64,000 nt of DNA from Eledone cirrhosa (lineage: Eukaryota), in contig OZ024740.1 of NCBI GenBank assembly GCA_964016885.1, forward strand, positions 345,340,001-345,404,000, given 5' to 3'. The position numbers and the translations under genes were made by a program. The notes under the pieces are model-generated. The model ran no database searches. It was not told the origin of the DNA and saw nothing but the letters and a program-made list of their open reading frames with translations. Positions 31,540 to 46,298 of this stretch are shown here, piece by piece; position 1 is the first letter of the stretch; each line of letters starts with the position of its first letter.

Positions 31540-31820
31540 TGCCAACTCGATTTCGAGTACGGCCACTACTTTATATCCATGTAGGAGAACCCCTACCGAT
31601 GCGCTGAACAAGTGTGACTTTTTAGTCCAGCCAGCGACTTGAAAACTCTGGTACAAACACTACACTTGTGACAATTATTGACACATAGTGCTGGGCCCAT
31701 GGTACCATGTGACGACAAGTGCAGAGAGATCTCCAGATATAAAGCAATGCCACTGCCGTGAAGCTTTTATAGTGAGCAATGGCACCGCACAAACCCAGTC
31801 CCACTCTCTTAACCAAGATG

Positions 31821-31822
<2 letters not shown>
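31533..31822 (-). mobile_element. RTE-derived 290-bp repeat, copy 3
   Basis: Same two ends as 7637-7927; reads [23 protein letters not shown]; flanked by (TA)n. Confidence 0.8.
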
Positions 31823-31855
<33 letters not shown>

Positions 31856-32236
31856 CATACATATATACATTTACACATATATACACATACACACATACAT
31901 ACATACATACATACATACATACATACATACATACATACATACATACATACATACATACATACATACGCACAGAAAACTTAAGCCAGTGAAGAAACCTCTA
32001 TCGAGTCGCCTGATCCGCTAGAAACACTAATGAATGTACCATTTGATAAATGTGTCCGTCAATACCAGAAATAAATCATAGTATCATCATGTCAGTAATC
32101 AGTTTTGTTCATATGTCTGATCGATCAGAGATAAAAAATAAAAATCACACACACACACACTAACACGCAGACAGATATTCATGCATACACACACAGACAG
32201 CATAGAAAATAACCTGTCCACGGGAAGGTTATATAA

Positions 32237-32340
32237 GGCGCGTGGCTGAATGGTTAGAGAATTGGATTCACAATCGTAAGGTAGTGAGTTCGATTCCCGA
32301 CCGGGTGATGTGTTATGTCGTTGAGCCAGACACTTTTGCC
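32237..32340 (+). mobile_element. tRNA-derived SINE head
   Basis: ggcgcgtggctgaatggttagag...gagttcgattccc...ttgagccagacact. Confidence 0.7.
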
Positions 32341-32693
32341 TGTAGTTGCGACCGACAGATAGTATTAGCAATTGGAAAGACGAATGGAAGCATTGTTTCC
32401 TCGGTTCGAGTCGGTCGACTGTCGTTATATATATAAATGATACTAACTTACAGATATCTTTCTATTTCATCTTTTATTTCTCACTCTATATTGTAATGAA
32501 GGACTAGTGTCCGAAACGTAAAGACATTTTCCCTACTCTATCAAGCGTTAAACACTTCGTTGATATCACATCATTGTATTGTATCGCTTGCTTTGTTGTT
32601 ATCGTTTAGCTTTTTGGCACACACACGCATATAAATATATATATATATATATATATAATATAAGATCAAAAGATGGTTAAAGGAGTTCCATGT

Positions 32694-32762
32694 ATTTTAT
32701 TATGCGCATTTCAAAAACAAACATTATCATGCAATAATATTTGTGTTTTCATCAGATAAAAC
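32694..32762 (-). ncRNA. Minimal type I hammerhead (mirror copy)
   Basis: Reverse complement of 32885-32953. Confidence 0.82.
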
Positions 32763-32884
32763 AGGAGAACATGATATGAAGGCTAAAAAACACTTGTGGA
32801 TAGTGCAGTTTTAAATCAACATATATGTTGATTTAAAACTGCACTATCCACAAGTGTTTTTTAACTTTCATATCATGTTCTCCT

Positions 32885-32953
32885 GTTTTATCTGATGAAA
32901 ACACAAATATTATTGCATGATGATGTTTGTTTTTGAAATGCGCATAATAAAAT
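32885..32953 (+). ncRNA. Minimal type I hammerhead ribozyme
   Basis: gttttat-CTGATGA-aaacacaaatattattgcatgatgatgtttgttttt-GAAA-tgcgca-TA-ataaaat; palindromic stem III TGCGCA; predicted cleavage after 32946. Confidence 0.85.
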
Positions 32954-33075
32954 ACATGGAACTCCTTTAACCATCTTTTGATCTTATATTATGTATACTC
33001 CAGTCCTACAAACTGTAGAGTGCTTCTTATCCGATATCTGCATTGCTTTATTGTACTACAATAAAACTCACCTCC

Positions 33076-33112
<37 letters not shown>

Positions 33113-33266
33113 GCAAAACTAAAACATATATAATCTTGTATATTTACACAACACTTGTATATATAAAATACTGAAAGTATGATGACATGTACTATAACAC
33201 TTCAACACACCAATCACCACGAAATAGAAAGTGAGGTGTGTGTGTGTGTGTGTGTGGGTGTGTGTG

Positions 33267-33362
<96 letters not shown>

Positions 33363-33736
33363 GGCATACGTACTGTATGCGTTTCAAACACGTCAGTGCG
33401 TCCGAAAAACGTGATGGTGAGGAAATAGCTAGATGCATTAAGAGAGGAGTGCATGAGTGAGTGTGTGTGTGGGTATGTGTGCGTGTGTGTGTGCGTGTGT
33501 GATAGATAGAGAGAGAGAGAGAGAGAGATAGAGAGAGATGGAAAGAGAGTATTAGAGAGTGAGACGATAGGAGAAAGAGAATGATATGTAAATTATGTAC
33601 AATATGAGATAAAAATCTAACGTTTACAGAGCCTTGCCACAATAAAGACGTTTCTCTATCAAAGGATTCTTTCTTATTTTCCCTCATTCTCCTCTTCTTC
33701 ATTATCATCAACACCATGATCACAATCATCGTCGTT

Positions 33737-33785
<49 letters not shown>

Positions 33786-34084
33786 GTAGAAGCAGAAGTA
33801 CTTTTATTTTTGTATTTGTGTGTATTGTTTATTTGGCCATTAAAAAATCGAAAGATCTGTTTATTTTTTATATTGTATTATTTATGTTTTGCCTACGAAA
33901 ATTGTTAAAATAGGTACCAGTATTACACTAAAATGAATCAAGTAATTGCACTACCTCATCTCAACCAGCGATCTCAAACAAACAAAGTGCAGACGCTGCA
34001 GCGAAAATATCATTATCATCATCATCATCATCATCGTCTTAGACTTCGTCGTTAACGGTGTTGCAGATTCTTTTCATTGTCATT

Positions 34085-34270
34085 CTTTTGTCTCAGCTCA
34101 GCTCTGATCCAGTAGAGTTATATTGAAATGTTTCCATCTATGAGCATCCCATCTTATATTCAGGCATATTGCTGCAATCACTACGTAATAAAATGTGCAT
34201 TATTTTTATTTTCAGGGAGTAGGATCGGTTTGAAAGAGATATGGCAGCTATTTCTTGCAAGATTGGTGCG
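34085..34270 (-). mobile_element. Decayed interspersed repeat (family C; related pieces near 3300-3480, 41950-42100, 50870-51065, 59510-59600, 61270-61350)
   Basis: Shared block resembling ctgcaagaaatagcagccaaatctc, recognised by eye between these positions. Confidence 0.45.
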
Positions 34271-34534
34271 ACAGACTTTGGATGTTGTCATTGATATTTT
34301 AGATTTTAAAAGTGGGGAGAGTTATAATCACATTGAGTTCTGCATTCTAAATATTGACCTTTCCAGTACTATGTATCGAGCATCATTTTAAGTATTGTGT
34401 TCTTAATTCTGACCTCTTTCAGTTCTAAGATCTTAGTGTTGACTGGTACATTATTTATTCGAACTTCGAAGTATACAATGCAAAGTTGACCACAGTTTGT
34501 TATAACAATACGAGCATGGTTTAAGAATACACAT

Positions 34535-34581
<47 letters not shown>

Positions 34582-35576
34582 CTACGTGTATGTAGGTGTG
34601 TGTGTGTGACCCATCTCCCATCCGCATGTATTTAGTCTTAGTGTGAAAATAGGACCGGGTGGTTGATAAGTGGTGTGATCAGACAATATGGAACAACACA
34701 AGTCTAAATGAAATTATTTACTGCATTTAATTATCTCCGTCAACATTCTGAGCTCAGATCCCGCTGGAATCGAAATGATGTCTTTCTTATTCATAAAATA
34801 TATATGATGCCATACATACAGTCGTGTTGATTTGGTTAAGTCTATTGACATCTCCTTTGAGAACGAATTATTTTTATAATATCGGAGTAAATACTTTGCA
34901 ATCAATATCTTTAAATTTGAATTTCATTTCCCTCCGCTTTCGTCTTTTTGTCTTTCATTATTCAGAAGTCGATAAAATAACAGTAAATAATTACTCAGAG
35001 TCTGGAACCATAGATTAATAATCACCATTAACTGCTAGACTGTCAACAGTTTATTGCAAGGTTCAAATATTAGAGGCCACAAAACCTTGCAAGCACATTA
35101 CGTCCCAGCACAAGTCATAACGATGATTTTGATGTCGTTCATGGTTGATTGCGCATTGAAAATATTTCAGTTCAGCATTAGAACTTGTTAACCCGAAAAT
35201 GTTGAATAAATTTATACTTCTTCTCAAACTTTAATCTGTACAAACCTTGATGCTTACACTTTTCCTCACATAGTTGATATTTAAAATGTGGCAGTCACAT
35301 GCAGATGTTGTTATAACCACGTTTCATTACGAGATTTTCCCTTCAAGAACGTCGTCTAACGGTTGCGCAACGAAATATGTTTGGTTACCAGAGGCTTCAA
35401 TGGGTCATTAAGACAAAAACACATGTTTCCGTAATGATGTAATTTTGAACCGATGGTTCAAAAATATATGTGAATGTTATGAATCGGTATAAATACTTAG
35501 TTATTTCATCAATCATCTCAGATGGAAAAAATAAATAATATAAATATGTATATTTGTATGCGGATGTGCAATTTAA

Positions 35577-35634
<58 letters not shown>

Positions 35635-35636
35635 AT

Positions 35637-35795
<159 letters not shown>

Positions 35796-35801
35796 ATATA
35801 T

Positions 35802-36310
<509 letters not shown>

Positions 36311-36981
36311 GTACGTGTAGAACCGTTTTTCAGATTTATTATCATAAATATGATGTATATATCTATATTTTTATATATATACCCTGAACTTTCGAAACAC
36401 TGAGAGATTACGAGGATTATAGAACATGTAGGGAACACACCCGAAGAAAATAATTGTAAATGCAATTGGTTGCTATAAATAGCTTGCAAAATGGAGAAGA
36501 GACCCTTGTAGACTATGATGTAGCAAGTGGGCACGATGAATAATCGAACTTTATATATTTTAGATACCTTCTGACTGTTCCAACGGTTGAGCTAGACGTG
36601 CCCTGACAACAATAAACTTCTGAATTAGAAGCTAAATCAAACAACTCTAGATTTAAACAACTTTCTATGCACAGTTCGAAATTTCGAAGCGCTCAGAGTT
36701 CAAGAAGTTCATCGAAAAGGTAAGGAACTCAGATGCCAAAAAATAGCTGAATATACAGTTGCTATAAATAGCTAAGAAAGTCGGTTAAATAGCATTTAAC
36801 TGCTTAGAGCAGTCAACCGGTACCTGAAAGATAAGAAGTTCGATTCTCTATAGCGACCACTGGAGACTTTTTACCATATATAAGGAGTCTGAGCCTGATT
36901 TTCTAAGCTATTTACAGCTATTTTTTCTGCTCCTACCTCTCCTATATTCCCCCTCTATCTCTCTCTCTCTTTATATATATA

Positions 36982-37025
<44 letters not shown>

Positions 37026-37244
37026 TATGAAAGCTGTCGCCCTAATACATGCCAAATTAATGGTCAGAGCCGTATATATGTTTGAGTATGTATGTAGGTT
37101 GTGCCTATGCGTGTGAACTTGAGTTAGGAGATGTGGGCTGGAATGGCTCAGTTGCGGTGTGCATTAACATATCATATCGTAATTATTGTTTAGCATTCAC
37201 ACGGTTCTAAAACTACCCCCACCACCCAATACAGCAACAACAAA

Positions 37245-37270
37245 TACTACTACTACTACTGCTGCTGCTG

Positions 37271-37313
<43 letters not shown>

Positions 37314-37945
37314 CACTACTACTACTACTACTATTGTTACTACTACTACTAGCAGCAGCAGCAATCGCATCGATCACCATCAGCACAATTTTAGTCATCC
37401 TACAATCTCCATCAATCATCGTATGAAACACAGTCTCTACCATCAACTCCACCACCAGCACCAGCACCAGCACCAGCACCACGAACACCACAAGCACCAG
37501 CACCAGCACCACCAACACCACAAGCACCAGCATCACCACAACCAGCACCACCAGCATCACCACCACCACCACCACCACCAACACCACCACCACCACCACC
37601 ACCACCACCACCACCACCACCACCACCACCACCATCCCCACCACAACCACCACCACCACCACCAGCACCTCCGCCACCAACACCACAAGCACCAGCATCA
37701 CCACAACCAGCACCACCAGCATCACCACCACCAGCACCACCAGCACCAACACCACCACCACCAGCACCACCACCACCAGCACCACCAACACCACCACCAC
37801 CATCCCCACTACAACCACCACAACCACCACCACCACCACCAGCACCTCCTCCACCAACACCACAAGCACCAGCATCACCACAACCAGCACCACCAGCACC
37901 ACCACCACCACCAGCCCCACCATCACCACAGTGACCACCACAACT
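37245..37945. repeat. (ACT)n followed by a (CAC/CAG/CAA)n block with higher-order internal duplication
   Basis: The unit catcccca(c/t)...cagcacctcc...caccacaagcaccagcatcaccacaaccagc recurs; explains the poly-His ORF. Confidence 0.9.
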
Positions 37946-38104
37946 AAAACAACCACTTCACAACACTACCGAGTACAGCTTAATCTAACCCCCACACTCC
38001 TCCTCATTCACTCGTGCACAATTTTTGATTTCTTTTCTTTATTTCTGCTATGGTCTAATTCCTGTCTGTCTCCCACCTTCACTCTTTCGCTTTCTCTGTC
38101 AGAC

Positions 38105-38530
38105 TAAATCTCTCTGTTCTCTCTCTCTCTCTCTCTCACTTTCTCTATCTCTCTCTCTCTCTCTATGTATATATATTTCTCTATCTCCCCTCTCTCTCTC
38201 TCTATCCATCTATCTATCTATTTCTCTCTCTCTCCCTCTCTCTCTCTCTCTCTATCTATCTATTTCTCTCTCTCTCCCTCTCTCTCTCACTCTCTCTATA
38301 TATATCTCTCTCTCTATATATATATCCATCTATCTACCTATTTCTCTCTCTCTATGTATCTCTCCTCACTCTCTCTCTCTCACGCTCTCTCTATCTATCT
38401 ATGTTTCTCTCTCTCTCTCTCCCTCTCTTTCTATCTATCTATCTATCTATTTCTCTCTCTCTCCCTTTCTCTCTCTCACTCTCTCTATCTATCTATATAT
38501 ATCTCTCTCGCTCTCTTTTTCTTTCTCTGT
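38105..38530. repeat. Degenerate (CT)n/(ATCT)n pyrimidine-rich tract
   Basis: Directly visible. Confidence 0.9.
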
Positions 38531-38895
38531 TACTCTTGCTCTCACTCCATTCATTCTCTCTTCTTTCGTCAGTCATATATTTGCTATCTTTTTCTCCATC
38601 TCTTTGGATTTCCTTTGTTCTTCACACCCACCACGCAAACACGACCCCCCACATACAACACACACATACACACTCACACACACTCATACTCACAGACACA
38701 CCTACACCTACACCTACACATATACATATTATAACCACACATACACACTCACAGACACACATACACCCACACATATACATATCATATACATATATACTAT
38801 TATAACCACACTTACATACACATACGCATGAAACATACGAACACAGCTACATGTACGTGTGCACACACGTTCCTACATACATATATATTAATATA

Positions 38896-38970
<75 letters not shown>

Positions 38971-38987
38971 ATATATTTATATATATG

Positions 38988-39040
<53 letters not shown>

Positions 39041-39051
39041 ATGTATTTATA

Positions 39052-39108
<57 letters not shown>

Positions 39109-39465
39109 CTATGTGCGTGTGTTTGTATACACATATATACACATATGCACATGTCATTACAATCAATCTCTTTACCTCTTTGCCTCAACATCTCCAGCTA
39201 ATTATCTTTCAACACTCATTCTCATAAACCATCATCAATTCTTTTATTCTTCATCCCAACACTCATCCACTTAGCCTCCTTCTCCTTCCTCTCCATCTTG
39301 TATTTTGCAGTCACCCACTTCCACTCATTACCCCCTTCTTTCTCTGGTTGTCTCTGTCTGTCTCTCTTTCTTTACACACACACACACACATATATACATA
39401 CATACACATATATACATACATACACACACACATACACACATATATATATAAATATATAAATATAT

Positions 39466-39500
<35 letters not shown>

Positions 39501-39559
39501 CAAGGAAAGAGAGAAATAGAAAATCATATATATATAGATATATATATATTATTTGTGTT

Positions 39560-39783
39560 TACAACAAATTTTAACCAATCCTCTTGACAACTACAATCTT
39601 CCCAGATAAGGAAGTACCCCCTTGAAAAGTTCGGCTATTTATTCACCAGACTAAACATTCTAATTTAGTCCAGAAGTAGCCGTCGAAACGGCTTGAGCTC
39701 TGCCGTCGGGGTCATACTTTTTTCCTATTTCCCACTCTACTTCCCTAAGTATTGAGTACTCTGGTGCGTTACCACAATTCCTT

Positions 39784-39790
<7 letters not shown>
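39560..39790 (+). mobile_element. Hammerhead-derived element family G, longest copy (decayed long-stem-II hammerhead at 39615-39713)
   Basis: acccc-cttgaaaa (decayed core)-cggctattt...gactaaa..tttagtc..aagtagccg-tc-GAAAC-ggc ttgagctct gcc-GTC-ggggt, then tail cccactctacttccctaagtattgagtactctggtgcg. Confidence 0.75.
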
Positions 39791-39834
<44 letters not shown>

Positions 39835-39872
39835 TATGTATATATACACATACATATATCTATATATATATA

Positions 39873-40180
39873 TCATCATCATCATCATTTCATTTTACGT
39901 CCAATTTTTCCCTGCTTGCAAGGGTGGGACGGGAACTGATTCTTGCTTGATTTCTACAGCTGGATACCCTTCCTAACACCAACCTCATTTACAGTGAGTG
40001 CTGGGTTTTTTTCCAGTGGCACCTCCACGACCACTTTGCAGTGAAATGATATGGACCCCAGTCCCTATCATCTCATTTCTACAGCTGAGTAAGGAAACAA
40101 CTCATCACCCGGTCTGAGAATTGAACTCTCAACCTTTCGATTGCAAGGCCAATACTCTAACCACTAAGCCATGTACCTCC
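39873..40180 (-). mobile_element. tRNA-derived SINE (family D) with (GAT)n tail
   Basis: Minus strand: ggaggtacatggcttagtggttagag...gagttcaattc...ttaggaagggtatccagctgtagaaa...ggacgtaaaatgaaatgatgatgat. Confidence 0.8.
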
Positions 40181-40285
40181 ATATAATGAATAATATATAT
40201 ATAATTTATAATATATATATAATTATATGACTGCCATGACTAAATTATAACCCTCAACATAGTCAAGGTATGTCAGGCTTCAACT

Positions 40286-40351
40286 TATTTTATTTGATGA
40301 GGACGTACTGTTTAAATAGCTCAGTATCTCTGAAATATGTATAATAAAATA
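40286..40351 (+). ncRNA. Type I hammerhead motif with C3-to-U change (family H)
   Basis: tattttat-TTGATGA-ggacgtactg...cagtatctct-GAAA-tatgta-TA-ataaaata; homologous to 45789-45848 and 46469-46526. Confidence 0.7.
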
Positions 40352-40399
40352 TATTTGATCACATGAATGTTTATATTTACTAATATTTTGAAGTAATAT

Positions 40400-40487
<88 letters not shown>

Positions 40488-40491
40488 CTAA

Positions 40492-40656
40492 TATAGATGA
40501 GATTCTACGGGACTAGAATTGTTTCATTCCTGATGATTTCTAAAGAATGAAACAGTTCTAGTCCTGTAGAATCTCATCTATAATAAAACTTTTATACTCT
40601 GCTATGTATTGAGTACCTTACTTACTGTGGTTACCTCCGATTCAACCCGGAATAAC

Positions 40657-40657
<1 letters not shown>
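40492..40657 (+). mobile_element. Fold-back element with hammerhead core in the hairpin loop
   Basis: 38-bp inverted arms 40492-40529 and 40545-40582; CTGATGA-tttctaaagaat-GAAAC-agttcta-GTC at 40530-40563; tail; (TA)n on both sides. Confidence 0.8.
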
Positions 40658-40699
<42 letters not shown>

Positions 40700-41124
40700 T
40701 TTCTATTTCTCTCTTTCCCTGTGTATCACTCAGATTCTTGGTTTCTCTTATTCGATCTCCATCTCCACAATAGTATCTCTCTCTCTTTGTCACTTGTATT
40801 TCGTTTTTCTTTCTTTCTACTTCATCCCAGTTCTCAATCTTTCTCTCACTCCGATCTGATTTTCAATCTTCCTCTCCAAATCCCCCCCCCCCCCCTCTTT
40901 CTCTCTCTCTCTATCTCCAGTTTACTATTTATCAGGCTCTCCCCACCAAATCTCCACCGCAACTACTATAACTCTATCGCTTACACATTTTTCTATTTCT
41001 ATCTCTCTTCGATTCTTTTACTTTGCATTCTCTATCTCTTTGCACTTTCTACACACATGTCTATCATTCTATCACGCCCCTCCCCCCTCTCTCCCTCTGA
41101 TATATAAATATGCATGTATATATG

Positions 41125-41158
<34 letters not shown>

Positions 41159-41373
41159 CATATGCATGCGTATGTGTGTGTGTGTGTGTGTGTGTGAACA
41201 AGGTAAACAGAAATAACAAAACAAACTACACAGTACATGAAAGTAATATATTAGTTTAACGCTTTACATACAGACATACATACTTATATATATATATGTC
41301 CGTCTCTCTCTCTCTCTTTCTCTCTCACACACACACATGTATATATATATGTGTATATATATATATGTGTATA

Positions 41374-41419
<46 letters not shown>

Positions 41420-42111
41420 TATATCAGACTAGATATCTCTATCTCTCTTGTAAAACTCATATTCTCTCACGCTTTATATATACGTATATCTTATTTTTTT
41501 CGTTTACTCTTTTTCGATCCAACCCTCTCAATCAACGCCCCCCTCTCTCTCTCTCTCTCTCTTGCTCATTCTCAACATCTGTTTTTTTTTCTTTCTTTCG
41601 TTCTCCCAAATTCTATAATTTCTATCCCACTTCTTTCATTAATTTTATTTCCTTCATCTTATTCAATTATTTATTTATTTATTTATTTCTTCATTTCTTC
41701 ATTTATTTATTTATTTATTTTCTAGTCTTCTCCTCTTTCAACTTCTCTACTTCCTTCCTTTCCACCGCCCACCCGTTACCTTCTTTCCTTCCTGATGATA
41801 TTCCTCAACCACCACCACCACCACCACCACCACCACCACCACCACCACCGGCAACACCACCACCACCGCCACCACAACCACAACCATAACTACCACTACA
41901 TGTAATGAACCATCAGTCACGTAACGGCATAATGAGTGAGATACTTCGTGTTCGATTAACCTGCAAGAAATAGCAGCCAGAATCCTGGAATAAGCGCCTT
42001 AATTGTCTTAAAACTAACGTTGTCCTACCCATAAAACGATGGAATGTCCACGACTGGAATATTTCTGTAAAACAGTACTCAATACATATTAGTCTGTTGT
42101 GTTTAAATACT

Positions 42112-42418
42112 TTAAAGAAACCTAACTTCTACGGTCAAATTCAGTGACACTAACAAGTGAAAACCCGATGGTAGGTGCTTTTGCGGAAGACATACAGTCA
42201 CCCATGTATCCCACTCTTCAATCTCCACGTCACCGATGTAGTCCAAGGGAAATAGTAAGGTCGAAACAGCTCGGCACCAGTGACATTGCAACACATTTCC
42301 AGTTGATTGAACCGGAGTAACGTGAAATTAAGTGTCTTGCTCATGGACACAATGCACTCCGCCCGGTCCGGGATCGAACTTACAGCTTCATGATTGTGAA
42401 TCCAACTCTCTAACCACT
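42112..42418 (-). mobile_element. tRNA-derived SINE (family E)
   Basis: Minus strand: agtggttagagagttggattcacaatc...agttcgatccc...catgagcaagacacttaatttcacg. Confidence 0.75.
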
Positions 42419-42894
42419 GTATGTGAGGGTTTTGCAAGTCATGTATAGAGGTACACTGAATAATAAGCTAGTTGGCTATGAGTGCACATGGGGGTCTTCC
42501 CAGGTTCAATCCTCAGTTCTCTTCTGTTTAACTTTCTACTCTAGGCAACAGCACAGCAATTTCAAATCGGCCCTCCATGGAAACTAGTCTTTGTAGCTGA
42601 ATCTCTGGAAAAGTTAGTTGTGAAATTCCAGACATGGAAGGATAATTTAGCAACTAATTGCAAAATATATATAAGCCTAGCTAAGTCTAAATACTGCGAG
42701 GTAGAAAAGAAGGCATAAGATTATATTGTTAGGGAAATGACCTTCTATACGTTGAAAAGATTGTGGGCAGAAATTTCATACGATGCTCAATACAAATAGT
42801 GAGATTGCATGCAGGTTAATGAAGAAGACAAACATTGTACGCGTCAGATGCACAAGAGCCCACGCGAAATAAATTGCTTTATTATCTCAGGATA

Positions 42895-43340
42895 TTTCTT
42901 AGACGTTGTTGCCGGATTTTAGTACCTAGGAGACCTACTCAATGAGGGTTGGGAGGAAGCTCTGAAATGTTAGTTGCCAGAGTAAAAACTGGCTGGAAGA
43001 CGTTTAGGGAACTAGATCACCTGTTGACATCAAAGGTCTGTCCTTCAGATATGAAGAGTAGACTGAATGATAGCTGCGTGTGAACCGCAATGCTACGTAG
43101 TGGTGCAGATTGTGCGTTGACTGCATAAAATAAGCGATAACCAACTCAGTATGCAATAGAGAAGACCACGACTGTATGGGCATGGGATGCTCATGGAAAA
43201 TGAGAGCTATTTAAAGAAATACAAACACATATCACTGGATGGGTCTTAAGAGTGAAATAGATCTAGGAGAAGACAGACCCTAGGAAGCAGAATTTCAGAG
43301 ATGACAAAGAACAGCGAGGATTGATGACAAACGAGACCGG
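42895..43340 (+). mobile_element. Decayed RTE-clade LINE ORF2 (RT C-terminal region)
   Basis: DVVAGF*YLGDLL...VARVKTGWKTFRELDHLLTSK...MKSRLNDSCV*TAML resembles VDSFCYLGD...ARIRIGWKKFRELLPLLT...KGRLYDACVRTAML. Confidence 0.8.
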
Positions 43341-44082
43341 AAAACACTCGCCGGCAGAAAATTGTGACCAGACATCCCCTACCCATCGTCGACATTTAGA
43401 AACTACTCTCACCATCAGGGAACAACCTCCCTTCACCCAGGATCACACCAATCTCTCAATACACTCTCAAACTCCACCACATCTGTCATAAACCCATGAC
43501 ATACTTTCTGAACCCTTCAATTCCCTCGCCCCATATCAACTCTTGAAACATAGACACCTGGCCTGCATGCCTGATATCGTACTTGTCACTCTCTTCCAAC
43601 TCTTGTCACTTCTCCGTGATATGCTTATCATCCTTCTTCTATCACCAGCATAATACACCCTCAAGTCCCATTAGGATTGAGAGAACCCTTCTGGAGAATC
43701 TATAACCGATAACCATCCTAGTGCTGGTGCCACGATATAACATACTAACTACTCTCTGTAAAATGGTTGGTAATATGAATGAGATCTAGTCGTTGAAAAT
43801 CTACTAAACAAATGGTCGGAATAACTGTTCAACTATGTCAAATACATGCAACATCTCTAGTGCTGGTGCCACGATAGCATGCACTAGATGCACTCTGGTG
43901 AGTGCATGAACATATGTGAGATGCGGTTTTCTAGCTAGCCCGTGAGGTCAGTAGATTCGATTAATTACTGATTTTGTATCCGACCTCTCCAAACGTTTGT
44001 AGCAGAGAAAATAGACGTTAAATGATATAATGTAATATAATATAATATAATATAAGATAATATAATATAATATATATATCTA

Positions 44083-44186
<104 letters not shown>

Positions 44187-44312
44187 GTATAGTGGTAGCT
44201 ATGGTGCTTTTGTAGGCGGTATGCCAAAATTAGCACTTGATATTCATCAGAGTAGAGTGTAGATATTGTGAAGAAAACGAAAATTAGTGATGCATCTGGA
44301 CTTAGTTTATTT

Positions 44313-44403
44313 CGTGTTACAAATGTTTCGCCGGCATGTGGCTCGAGTCATGGTCCTTGTATGGATCTGGCTGATTCTACTTCTGCGGGTTCTTTCAAAC
44401 ACG
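44313..44403 (-). ncRNA. Decayed long-stem-II hammerhead motif within a TA-flanked insert (about 44183-44492)
   Basis: cgtgt-TTGAAAGA-acccgca...tgccggc-GAAAC-attt-GTA-acacg; core decayed; downstream tail acactctact...tatcaagtgct. Confidence 0.5.
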
Positions 44404-45283
44404 GGTGTTACGTCCGGAGCAAATGTTATCACTATATATATATAGTTATACTTTGGGAGGGTCATGTTGGCAATAACAAATTCAGAAACGAAATATATAT
44501 ATATATATAATATATATAAGATATTTACATAAAACACTCGTATCTGAGTTAGCCCGATCAACATTTAACGATACACGAAATGGGTTCATTGTCTCTGTGT
44601 GGCAATTAATAATAGAATTTTGAATGGAATGTGAAGAGAAAGTGTAGACGATGAGGAGAATTAGGACGGAGAATAACAACAAATATGGAGGAATGACACA
44701 CATACATACACACGCACACACCGTTTACGTAACTGTAAGTTTGTTTATGTACAGTTTGAATATTGTTTATATGTACGAGTTTGTTTATAAACAGTTTGAA
44801 TATTGTCAATTTATATTCGTGTAACAACCAATGAACGTTTATATGCTTGGTGTAGATAAGATTTTCACGAACCCCGCAATCACTACTACCGCTTCGGCAT
44901 CTTACGTCACATTAGTGACCGATCGGCTAAGGTGCATATTTATTATTCAATGTGCAGTGCTATAAATCGATCGGGTCATATTAGCGGTCTATTACACTAG
45001 CTGACTACATTCAGTGCAGTGCTATTAATCACTAAACATTACAATTGATTAACTTTCATTATGTGTGCTATTATTATTCATTTGATTCTCATTTGGAACT
45101 AATTAATATGTTAACATTAGTGACCGACACATTACTTGTTTATATTATATTATACTATATTATAGTATGGTTATGGTGGTGGTGATGATGGTGGTTAGAG
45201 TTAATGGTTATATTTTACAGTACATCATTATATTTTACAAAGCCCGAGAGGGAAAGAGAGAGAGAGCGAGAGAGAGAGAGAGC

Positions 45284-45315
<32 letters not shown>

Positions 45316-45325
45316 GGGAGAGAGT

Positions 45326-45379
<54 letters not shown>

Positions 45380-45655
45380 GAGAGAGAGAGAGAGAGAGAT
45401 GAGGGAGGAAGGGAATGATAAAGAGAAAAATATAGAGAAAACAGAAAGGTTGAAATATAGATGGGCAGAGAGGAGGTAGACAAAAAAGAGACTAGTGAAA
45501 CACTTAGAAATTTATCTGAAACATGATTAAAACCTTTTTTTCGTATTATTAAATGGACATAACATATTAAGTTCATTCCTTAGCCTGCCACTTCAGTTTC
45601 TACTCAATTTTACTTACTTACATATCATATATACATCCACACACACATATATATT

Positions 45656-45712
<57 letters not shown>

Positions 45713-45788
45713 GTATATATGTATATATACATATATATATAATTCAGAATAATAATAAATGAAGACATTCACATAATCAAAATATATG

Positions 45789-45848
45789 TTTATTATATAT
45801 ATTTCGAAGGTACTGTGGTGTTTTTTCAGTACGTCCTCGTCAGATAAA
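45789..45848 (-). ncRNA. Minimal type I hammerhead (family H; element about 45740-45910)
   Basis: tttat-CTGACGA-ggacgtactgaaaaaacaccacagtaccttc-GAAA-tatata-TA-ataaa. Confidence 0.82.
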
Positions 45849-45906
45849 ATACATGAATTGATGTAAGACATACCTCAACGGTCTTGATGGTTCAATTCCA
45901 GTATTG

Positions 45907-45940
<34 letters not shown>

Positions 45941-46026
45941 AATATGTATGGTGTAAGTGTCTTTGTGTATGTTTGTAAACAGTGTATATATGTATATATA
46001 TATATATATATGTACATATGTATATA

Positions 46027-46121
<95 letters not shown>

Positions 46122-46267
46122 TGTGTATATGTCTTTGTGTATGTTTGTAAACAGTGTGTATGTTTGCTTAGAAGACGACGGTGGAATTTGAAAAATTCAA
46201 TTGCTTTAGTAACTTTAGCCATATTTTATTTATAGTTATTAATTCAGTTCAATGTTCATGTATGTAG

Positions 46268-46298
<31 letters not shown>

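Larger units (their letters stand above)
32655..33078 (+). mobile_element. Palindromic double-hammerhead element: 338-bp near-perfect palindrome (32655-32992) plus 86-bp tail, in (TA)n
   Basis: Symmetry centre caacatatatgttg between 32823 and 32824; hammerhead motif on each strand. Confidence 0.88.

Noticed and set aside
37186-37947. 253-aa His-rich ORF as a real protein
   Set aside because: It is a (CAC)n-type low-complexity tract that is also open on the opposite strand, starts at TTG, and has no unique domain or splice evidence.
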